Source of the DNA: an uncultured archaeon
GTDB taxonomy: Archaea; Asgardarchaeota; Lokiarchaeia; Sigyniarchaeales; SOKP01
DNA length: 64,000 nucleotides
Assembly (NCBI GenBank): GCA_964486045.1
Contig: CAZALK010000005.1
Coordinates: 128,001-192,000, forward strand
Direction: 5' to 3'
Numbering within the stretch: the first letter of the stretch is position 1; each line of letters opens with the position of its first letter. The position numbers and the translations under genes are program-made. Shown here one piece after another: positions 56,770-64,000 of this stretch. Below the pieces are notes generated by a model. That model did no database searches and was not told the DNA's origin. It worked only from the letters and a program-made list of their open reading frames with translations.

Positions 56770-58326
56770 TTATTCATCTTGAATATAAGGTTTTCCAAGA
56801 AGTAACGATATTTCAGCTTTCTTCAGCTCTCTTCCTAAGTAATTCAAATGATAAAAATCTTCTGTTAAATTCTGGTTAATTATTTCTTTACTAAGAGCTT
56901 CAGCATTCTCTCCAATATATGTATGGAGCAAGTTGTCTTCATTTGAATAAAAAAGAACAATAATTTTTCCTGCATTTTGATTTAGATAAATTCTAAAATA
57001 TCCACCATCATCTTTTATATAATCTTGGTCTAATGTATTTACAAATATCGCGTTAACTTCATTCACTTGAGGTGCTTTCTGGCTAATTTTACCTTTTGCC
57101 TTAAATACGGATAAGCCTTGATTGATTGGAGGTGTTTTTTTATTTTTAGCTAAATAGTTAAGTTTTATGCTATCTTTTAATTCTCTAACACCACCAAATA
57201 ATTTAGGGCTATGTTCAACAGTAAATAATATCCCTATATCTAGTTCTACAGCAATACTTGCAAGGAGTCCATTCACTCCCACTGAATCTATGTCCATCAA
57301 TTCTACAACATTTGAAATACCAAAAAAGAGAGGTAATTGATCATCTGGAGGAAGTTTTTTGTATAAGAAATAAGTTTCCAATGAATTACAAATACCAGGA
57401 GAAATTGGGGTTTCCAATAGAGGATCAGCAATTAATTTGGTAAATCCATGGTTTCTCAGTTTTTTTGTCAATATTTGTAATTTTTCAATACGGATTTCAG
57501 GATTTCTAGGAAATTTTCCCTCTCTGATATTTGTAGGGAGAATAACAATTGGAATGTCTTTGGGAATGTTAATAAACTCCTTATAATTTCCGATATCAAA
57601 GCTAAGAATCATATCAATATTCACATCTACGGCTGCTAGAATTTCAGAGGGATCCATAGAATCTATACTGAGTAAAATGTTAAACTTGTTCCTTAATATT
57701 TGGATGATTTCTTTGACTCTAAGGGGATTTGGCTTATTCGACACACAACCTATATCAATAATATCTGCTCCAGAATTAATATAATGGTGAGCTTTCTTTA
57801 TTATGCTTTTATCGCTTTTACTCGTACAATTTACTATTTCTGCTATAATTGGTGGGGGGAGATTTCTTCCTATAATTAATTTGGATTTTTCCTTATTAAT
57901 ATAAAAAGTATGTAGCCCTAGATTTTCCTTAGCAATCTCATATTGTTCTTGAACTATTTGATTGTATTGGGTTTCCCCTGAGCGTTGGAATAATTCATTT
58001 GCGGGTATAGTATTAGACAGATTTACTTTCTCTAGATTTTTTAACAATGGGGGGAGATCTGATGCGAATTCAGGTCCCTTCCGAATTCTAACAGAGAACT
58101 TTTCTTCTAAAGCAGTTGAATCCCATTGTACAAAACCAGGCAGTAAAACAAGATTGTAGTTAAACTTTGATTTAGTGTTAAGAATTGTTTCGGCTAGAGA
58201 TTCAGTTAAAAATGCAGATATTGAAATTGGAGCTTCTTCAACTTTAATAGTATGAGTTTTAACTGATTTTATTACTTTTTTTATAATTGGATAGCTTTGT
58301 TTCCCAGTAATGATAAGAATTTTAAT
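56770..58326 (-). CDS. Archaeal dihydropteroate synthase-like protein (methanopterin pathway), probable ATT start
   Basis: The frame extends 93 codons beyond the ORF-track start to *IKILIITGK. Motifs IIAEI, GADIIDIG, SIDS, DPLL, NVVELMDIDS.GVN and HLNYLGREL.KAE. Confidence 0.85.
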   Translation of the reverse strand: MKILIITGKQSYPIIKKVIKSVKTHTIKVEEAPISISAFLTESLAETILNTKSKFNYNLVLLPGFVQWDSTALEEKFSVRIRKGPEFASDLPPLLKNLEKVNLSNTIPANELFQRSGETQYNQIVQEQYEIAKENLGLHTFYINKEKSKLIIGRNLPPPIIAEIVNCTSKSDKSIIKKAHHYINSGADIIDIGCVSNKPNPLRVKEIIQILRNKFNILLSIDSMDPSEILAAVDVNIDMILSFDIGNYKEFINIPKDIPIVILPTNIREGKFPRNPEIRIEKLQILTKKLRNHGFTKLIADPLLETPISPGICNSLETYFLYKKLPPDDQLPLFFGISNVVELMDIDSVGVNGLLASIAVELDIGILFTVEHSPKLFGGVRELKDSIKLNYLAKNKKTPPINQGLSVFKAKGKISQKAPQVNEVNAIFVNTLDQDYIKDDGGYFRIYLNQNAGKIIVLFYSNEDNLLHTYIGENAEALSKEIINQNLTEDFYHLNYLGRELKKAEISLLLGKPYIQDE

Positions 58327-59425
58327 CTAAATCACTCATCAATTTATCTTTATTAAATGGAATAAAAATATTATCTAAAATTGAACCTGATGCATGTTTG
58401 ATATCTAAATTATTTATTATTTGCTCAAATCTTCCCCCTAAAAGGCCGTTTGCTATAAAGGTTGCACCTTGAGCAGCACGTTTAGCTATTTGACTATAGG
58501 TTTTCATTATTCTAACAGGTGCAATATCTCTCAATCCTCTTTCGATCCTATCTTTGATATATCTAAGTTCTGCCCCTCTTCCCGCTAACAAAACCTCCTT
58601 AACTTTTTCCTTTTTTGAAAAAGAGGAGGAAATTCCAAAAACAGCTTTTTTAACACTCGATACATACGCTTTTAGAGCTGTTTTCACTTGCACGTCATTT
58701 TCTGCTAATAAAGTGATTTCCTTTAAACTTAAGTCAGAATATCCTGCAATCGAAGCAACCCCACCTTTATAAATATTTTCTTTATGGATTTTTTTTATTA
58801 AATATGCTAATTCACCGTCAAGACTTCCACAAGCCCTAAATCCCATAATATTTGAACCCCCTATTCCATCAATTATTTGTCCATTTTCAATTGCTAATAC
58901 CGCAGTAAAACCGTATCCAATTTCAACCATTATGAAATTTGTTTCCTCTGGCTTAATTTGATATGTTTCTATCTGATCTCTGATTCCCACAACGGCAGTA
59001 CATAATTTATCGGCAGTTCCCATATCAACCTTGTTAATTTTACGATAATTAGGAACAGTAGGAAGATGTTTAACACCGGGGACGATTACAGATTTAGTCG
59101 GTTCTGCTTTAATAAGCCTTAGAATTTCCCCGAGTCCTAGAAGTTTTTTCTGATCTTCTCTTTCAAATTTTAGCAAAGTAAAAAAAATATCTTTCTCAGT
59201 TAAATCTTTAACATCTTTTAATGGGAGACCAAAACCACTTGGGGCTACCATTAAATCAAGGTTTTTAATGGATCTAATTAGACTTATAACTTTTTGAGGT
59301 TCTTGAACTATTTCCTTAGAGGAAATTGAAGTATCCAAAATTATTTCATTTCCTTTTAAAGCAAAAAAGTCCCAGGACTTCGAGCCAGGATCTATACCTA
59401 AAGCAGATAATTCTCGCGTGGTCAC
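58322..59425 (-). CDS. DUF1464 family ASKHA-fold (butyrate/sugar kinase-like) protein
   Basis: GIDPGSKSWD, APSGFG, PGVKHLPTVP, NKVDMGTADK, EIGYGFTA, GSLDGELAY. Confidence 0.8.
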   Translation of the reverse strand: MTTRELSALGIDPGSKSWDFFALKGNEIILDTSISSKEIVQEPQKVISLIRSIKNLDLMVAPSGFGLPLKDVKDLTEKDIFFTLLKFEREDQKKLLGLGEILRLIKAEPTKSVIVPGVKHLPTVPNYRKINKVDMGTADKLCTAVVGIRDQIETYQIKPEETNFIMVEIGYGFTAVLAIENGQIIDGIGGSNIMGFRACGSLDGELAYLIKKIHKENIYKGGVASIAGYSDLSLKEITLLAENDVQVKTALKAYVSSVKKAVFGISSSFSKKEKVKEVLLAGRGAELRYIKDRIERGLRDIAPVRIMKTYSQIAKRAAQGATFIANGLLGGRFEQIINNLDIKHASGSILDNIFIPFNKDKLMSDLD

Positions 59426-59618
59426 TTAAATCATATTGTTAACTAAATCTAAGAATAATATATGATTTTAGAAAATTTAATCAATAATAAGGATATTCAT
59501 TCTACTTTTAGATTTTAAGTTATAATTATTTAAATTTTCATGAATTTCTAATCTTAATTCAATAAAAAATAAATTAGAATACAGAAGTAAATTCAATTTA
59601 AAATTAGGAGTAAATATC

Positions 59619-60152
59619 ATGGCAGTAACAGTTTGGGTGTGCAAAATTTGTGGAGAAGCTTATATTTCGACAACCGATAAACCCGCAAGATGTCCATTCT
59701 GCGGCGTATACGAAAAATATCTAATAGATTCAAAAGATTACGATGACACTGGAGATTGGGATGTGGAATTAAATGACACTGATAAAGCTAATGCTGAAAA
59801 AGCTTTAGGAGTAGAGGTTTCTAATGCACTTTTTTATAAATGCTCTGCCAAAAAAGTTAAAGAAATCGATGGTAAGAAGCTATTTAAGATACTAGCTAAA
59901 GTTGAGAGTGAACATGCATCGGTGTGGAAGAAAATTCTAAAAGTGGATAAGATTAAATGGGAACCCGCAGAGACTTGTGAACCTGAATATAAAGCAGATT
60001 TAGAAGATTCTCATGCCAGAGAGGAGAGAGCAATAAAGTTTTATGCTGAGGCTGCTGCTGCTGCAAAGAACCCTCGTGTAAAAGAAATATTCCATGCTTT
60101 TGTCCAGGTTGAAACTGATCATTTACACTTATCTGAGGAAAGACTTAAATAA
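59619..60152 (+). CDS. Rubrerythrin-like protein (N-terminal rubredoxin plus ferritin-like domain)
   Basis: WVCKICG, CPFCG, ExxH pairs (ESEH, ETDH). Confidence 0.88.
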   Translation: MAVTVWVCKICGEAYISTTDKPARCPFCGVYEKYLIDSKDYDDTGDWDVELNDTDKANAEKALGVEVSNALFYKCSAKKVKEIDGKKLFKILAKVESEHASVWKKILKVDKIKWEPAETCEPEYKADLEDSHAREERAIKFYAEAAAAAKNPRVKEIFHAFVQVETDHLHLSEERLK

Positions 60153-60224
60153 GCAGTAAAAGTCCACACATTTTTTTCACCAATTTTCATTCATTTAATA
60201 TCCAGTTTATCAGAGTAGATTTTA

Positions 60225-60752
60225 ATGCAAAAATCAGCCCTATTAATAATAGATGTACAAAATGGGTTATTTTCAATAAAAAACCTTCCTATCTACAATG
60301 CGGAATTATTAATTAAAAACATTAACAGCCTTATTAATAAAGCTCGAAATGCACAAGTTCTAATAATCTTTATTCAACATAATGAACCTAAAGGAAAACG
60401 ATTAGAAACTAACACAAAAAATTGGGAAATTCACCCAATGCTACAACAAAATGAAGCAGATATTAATATTCAGAAATTCCAATCTGATTCATTTCTCGAG
60501 ACAAACTTAGATGAAGAACTAAAAAAACACAAAATTTCAAAATTAGTAATTACAGGTTTGGCTACTCCTATGTGTGTTGATACTACTGTTAGGTCTGCTG
60601 TAAGCCATGGATATAAAGTTACTTTGATACAAGATACTCATAGCACGATAGATTCTGATATATTAAGGGCATCTCAAATTGTTGCTCACCATAATGATGT
60701 TTTAAGATTCTTTGCTGAGCTTAAAAAAGAAAATGAATTTAATTTTAATTAG
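60225..60752 (+). CDS. Isochorismatase-like cysteine hydrolase
   Basis: ALLIIDVQ, K...DSF..T.L, GLATPMCVDTT, DTHST. Confidence 0.9.
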   Translation: MQKSALLIIDVQNGLFSIKNLPIYNAELLIKNINSLINKARNAQVLIIFIQHNEPKGKRLETNTKNWEIHPMLQQNEADINIQKFQSDSFLETNLDEELKKHKISKLVITGLATPMCVDTTVRSAVSHGYKVTLIQDTHSTIDSDILRASQIVAHHNDVLRFFAELKKENEFNFN

Positions 60753-60778
60753 GCGAAAAGGTCTTTTATATTTAAATA

Positions 60779-61789
60779 ATGACAGAAATAATAGATTCTG
60801 TACGAGATTTTAAAGAAGAAGGTTTAATTTTTGAAATTCAGCGGTTTTCAACCGAGGATGGGCCCGGTATTAGAACTACTGTTTTTATGAAACATTGTCA
60901 TCTGAAATGCAAATGGTGTCATAACCCAGAATCTTTACTTAATAAACCTCAATTAGAATGGATCGGGCACAAATGCATAGGATGTAAAACTTGTATAGAA
61001 ACATGCAGCCAAGAAGCAATTTTTTTCGATGAAACAGGATTGATAATTAAGAGAAAAAAATGTACTAATTGCCGAGAATGTGTGGAGGAATGCCCATCAA
61101 CAGCATTAAATATGATTGGCAACTGGTGGAATTCTGAGGACCTTTTTTATGAAATAAATAAGGATAAAGTTTATTATTCTGAATCTGGTGGAGGAATTAC
61201 TATTTCAGGAGGTGAACCTACACTTCAACATCCCTTTATTCTGAAATTTTTAAAAAAGTGCAAAGAAAATGGCATCTCAACAGCTTTAGATACTTGCGGT
61301 TATGCTTCAGAAGAAGTCTATAAAAAATTGGTACCTTATATTGATTTGGTTTTGTTTGATATAAAAGAAATAGATAATAAGAAACATTGTGAATTTACTG
61401 GAGTGCCTAATATAAAAATTCTAGAAAATATCTCATGGATTGCTAAATATTTAAAAAATAATAATAAAAGAACGTGGATTCGGACCCCTATTATCCCTGG
61501 ATATACAGCAACTGAAGAAAATATTATGGGGATTGGAAAATTTATTGTTGATAAATTAAGAAATGTTCCCGAACGATGGGATTTATTAGCATTCAATAAT
61601 TTATGTACAACTAAATATGAACGCCTTGGGATTGACTGGCAGCTTAAAGACGAACTGTTGATGACAGGAGATCAAATTGAAGATTTATGTAGAGTTGCTA
61701 AAAACACTGGTATTAAAAATGTTCAGTGGTCAGGTCTTACTCGAAAGATTGACGATTCCCAAAAATTAAATAATAGCATCATTAAATAG
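60779..61789 (+). CDS. Glycyl-radical enzyme activating enzyme with ferredoxin insertion
   Basis: EDGPGIRTTVF, CHLKCKWCHNPE, CIGCKTC, CTNCRECVEECP, SGGEP, DTCG. Confidence 0.93.
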   Translation: MTEIIDSVRDFKEEGLIFEIQRFSTEDGPGIRTTVFMKHCHLKCKWCHNPESLLNKPQLEWIGHKCIGCKTCIETCSQEAIFFDETGLIIKRKKCTNCRECVEECPSTALNMIGNWWNSEDLFYEINKDKVYYSESGGGITISGGEPTLQHPFILKFLKKCKENGISTALDTCGYASEEVYKKLVPYIDLVLFDIKEIDNKKHCEFTGVPNIKILENISWIAKYLKNNNKRTWIRTPIIPGYTATEENIMGIGKFIVDKLRNVPERWDLLAFNNLCTTKYERLGIDWQLKDELLMTGDQIEDLCRVAKNTGIKNVQWSGLTRKIDDSQKLNNSIIK

Positions 61790-61824
61790 TAATCTAGAAA
61801 GACTTCCTTTAAGAATGGTTTATT

Positions 61825-62562
61825 ATGGAAATCAATTATCAAGACATAGGTTTGATTAAAAATCAATTATACGAAGTCTTAGCAACCACTTTTACATTTA
61901 AGGATAATGAAATTATACCTAACACCTCATGTATGGGAGTAAGATTAATAGGTGATAGAGTAATTCAAATGACTCCTTATCCACTTACAAAAACTTTAAA
62001 GAATTTAAGAAAAAATGGGCTTATCATACTTAATTTTGTTGATAATATATATTTGTATGCATTAACCTCCTTGAAAGATCCAGATCCTCTTATTGATTTA
62101 AAACAATTCCCAGATGAATTTTATAATCACCATAAGATTATCTATAAAAAGGAAATTGAGCCGATTTTTAAAGATCTGAGTGATAATAAGCTATTATTAG
62201 TTCCCTATATAAAAAATGCTTGGGCATTTGCTCTTTGTAAAACTATTGAAGATAAACAAATTATCAAGAAAGATAGTCTAGGTGAATCAAAAATTGTTGA
62301 GTTTAAGTTGAAAATTTACTCATTAGTGAAAAATAGAGAATCTTTTAAACTTTTTAATAGAGCTGAAAATTTAACATTAGAAATCTTAATCTTAGCAACA
62401 CGCTTAAAGATTGCTAAAGAAAGAAATGATAAGCAGTTATGTAATAGAATTCATGGAAAAATATTAGATTATATCAAAGTTATTGAGAGATTTAGTAAAA
62501 ATTCAAAAGTTAAAAAATCCCTTCAATTAGTTAGTAAATATTTGAATACAATAAATTATTAA
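61825..62562 (+). CDS. DUF447 family protein
   Basis: YEVLATT, PNTSCMG, T.KNL, FNRAE...LE..ILATR. Confidence 0.78.
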   Translation: MEINYQDIGLIKNQLYEVLATTFTFKDNEIIPNTSCMGVRLIGDRVIQMTPYPLTKTLKNLRKNGLIILNFVDNIYLYALTSLKDPDPLIDLKQFPDEFYNHHKIIYKKEIEPIFKDLSDNKLLLVPYIKNAWAFALCKTIEDKQIIKKDSLGESKIVEFKLKIYSLVKNRESFKLFNRAENLTLEILILATRLKIAKERNDKQLCNRIHGKILDYIKVIERFSKNSKVKKSLQLVSKYLNTINY

Positions 62563-62664
62563 ACTTCTTGAAGAACCACCATAGGGCTTTTAAATGGTAT
62601 TGTTTTCTTTTCTTTAATCTTTATACTGATATTTTTCGTCTTCATCATAAAATTTCTTACTGAG

Positions 62665-63060
62665 TTAATCAATAATGGTTATTTTTTCTATGAACATAAG
62701 GGGATATTGCATATCTTCAATCCAATCAATTTTAGCTAGCACTTCCACATCCTCATATTTAATTATTAATTCAGCTCGAATGATATTTCCCGTGATTTCG
62801 TCATAATCGAATGTTGTGGATTTATCTCCTACTATTTTATCTTTATCTAATTTAATTTTAACTGATTTGACAAAAGGCTGGCAACTAATTGCTGCTTCAA
62901 TTCCATTTTCTATAGAACTAATAATTTTTTCGTCTGAACTTATAGGAATTCCACACAAAATATGATAAAGAGTACCTAGTTTAATTCCTGTTTCAAAACA
63001 AGCTCTCTCTCTTAAGTTTAAACTCGATGAGAAATAGATCTTTTCATTTTTTCTTGACAT
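62665..63060 (-). CDS. mptD: Archaeal dihydroneopterin aldolase
   Basis: RERACFETGIKLGTLYH, IE.AI..QPFV, YPLM. Confidence 0.88.
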   Translation of the reverse strand: MSRKNEKIYFSSSLNLRERACFETGIKLGTLYHILCGIPISSDEKIISSIENGIEAAISCQPFVKSVKIKLDKDKIVGDKSTTFDYDEITGNIIRAELIIKYEDVEVLAKIDWIEDMQYPLMFIEKITIID

Positions 63061-63066
63061 AAAATA

Positions 63067-64000
63067 TCAGTCGAAATATTCAATTTTTGCTCCTGTATTA
63101 TTCGGTTTACAGATATAAATATGCCCTCCACCGTTCTTCCGATTTTTTTGCACTTCTTTTAGAATAGCTTCCACTTCTGAATCAGATTCTACAATCCCAA
63201 TAACGCTAGGACCAAATGAAGACATCCCATAAGCTTTTAATCCATATTCATCAAAAAATGTCAAAAGATTCTTAACAATTTCATTCTGAAGGTCAATTTC
63301 GATCTTTTTAAAGCCAATATTTTGAATTCTTTTCAACCCTTCCCCAAAACACTTTAAGTCATTCTTTATAATCCCTGGAATCATTTTCATTATAATTTGA
63401 TGAGAAACCTCATTTACTTCCTTTTGGGGAATTGGCGCGTAATTCTGAAAAACCCTAATTTCTTCATCCCCAAAAGCACCTTTTTTGACATCAGGAATTA
63501 CTAATAAAAATCTCCAATTTTCAGGGATGTTATGCCGAGAAATTGTTAATGCTGGATTCACTGAAGGGGAAGCAGATGAGGGTAAAAAAGTTTCTTTTTC
63601 TTTTCCAAACCCAAAGTCATGTCCACCATCTAATATAAAACCTCCTGTCTCAAAACCACTCCAACCAATCCCAGATGTACCTCCCCTATTTACCATTTGA
63701 GTCATTTGTTTTATAGATAAATGATTAATATTCTTCAATTTGGTTATCGCACTGATGATAGCTAAAGATAGTTGAGTTTTTGACCCTAGTCCTACGTGTG
63801 AGGGAAAGTATCTTTTAAGGTTGAAGTGGAAATTTTTATTACTAATATTAAATGTTTTAAATACTTTTGAAGCAATTTCATTGATTACTTCTATTGACTC
63901 TCTATAATATTTATGAGCTTCAATCTGAAACTCCTCAGCACTATTTGAAGCCTCAAACACGACGTTAGGCTGATCTAACATAAGACCTATACCGCCATCA
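63067..64000 (-). CDS. mptG: Beta-ribofuranosylaminobenzene 5'-phosphate synthase (GHMP family), 5' end outside window
   Basis: PSHVGLGSKTQL, RGGTSGIG, GGFILDGGH, FLPSS, GFKKIE, GMSSFGP. The frame is open to the window edge. Confidence 0.9.
   Translation of the reverse strand, partial: DGGIGLMLDQPNVVFEASNSAEEFQIEAHKYYRESIEVINEIASKVFKTFNISNKNFHFNLKRYFPSHVGLGSKTQLSLAIISAITKLKNINHLSIKQMTQMVNRGGTSGIGWSGFETGGFILDGGHDFGFGKEKETFLPSSASPSVNPALTISRHNIPENWRFLLVIPDVKKGAFGDEEIRVFQNYAPIPQKEVNEVSHQIIMKMIPGIIKNDLKCFGEGLKRIQNIGFKKIEIDLQNEIVKNLLTFFDEYGLKAYGMSSFGPSVIGIVESDSEVEAILKEVQKNRKNGGGHIYICKPNNTGAKIEYFD

Noticed and set aside
1-64000. Selenoproteins or SECIS elements (known in Lokiarchaeia), e.g. in the PDO, Hdr or ferredoxin genes
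   Set aside because: The redox motifs examined are complete with Cys codons, and no TGA-ended ORF checked showed homology continuing past the stop. Not exhaustively tested.
1-64000. CRISPR arrays, tRNA/rRNA genes, IS elements or prophage
   Set aside because: No regularly spaced direct repeats, no GC-rich structural RNA-sized blocks in the spacers, and no transposase, integrase or capsid motifs were seen.

Overview
AT-rich archaeal chromosomal window with no rRNA, tRNA, CRISPR array or recognisable transposase. It is most consistent with an Asgard archaeon of the Lokiarchaeia type. This is inferred from archaeal AlaRS, DtdA, EndoQ, MptA and CofGH occurring together with eukaryotic-signature proteins: a Rag/Arf-like small GTPase, a longin/uDENN-like domain and a complete ubiquitin-like conjugation cassette. 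Main content in order: a thioredoxin/PDO operon; an ArsR, small GTPase, MASE3 histidine kinase and REC-longin cluster; four Cys-bearing Lrp/AsnC paralogues with a ferredoxin and a radical SAM gene; dtdA and alaS; a cold-shock/DEAD-box fusion; a membrane redox locus (ferric-reductase-type cytochrome b fused to HdrC, HdrB, exported 'GCH' proteins, a b561-like protein); ftsZ; a glycyl-radical enzyme whose only candidate activase lies 26 kb away; EndoQ; three paralogous ubiquitin-like domains plus an E1-E2-JAMM-membrane RING operon; and an F420/methanopterin biosynthesis region. Best candidates for undescribed systems: (1) a two-component system whose response-regulator output resembles a FLCN/SMCR8-type longin GAP domain, encoded beside a Rag-like GTPase; (2) a membrane-bound heterodisulfide reductase built from a NOX/FRE-type bis-heme module fused to HdrC plus HdrB; (3) a mono-glycine (Ala-Gly) ubiquitin-like modification system with a membrane E3 and a membrane-anchored Ubl paralogue. 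All family assignments come from motif recognition by eye. No database searches were run.
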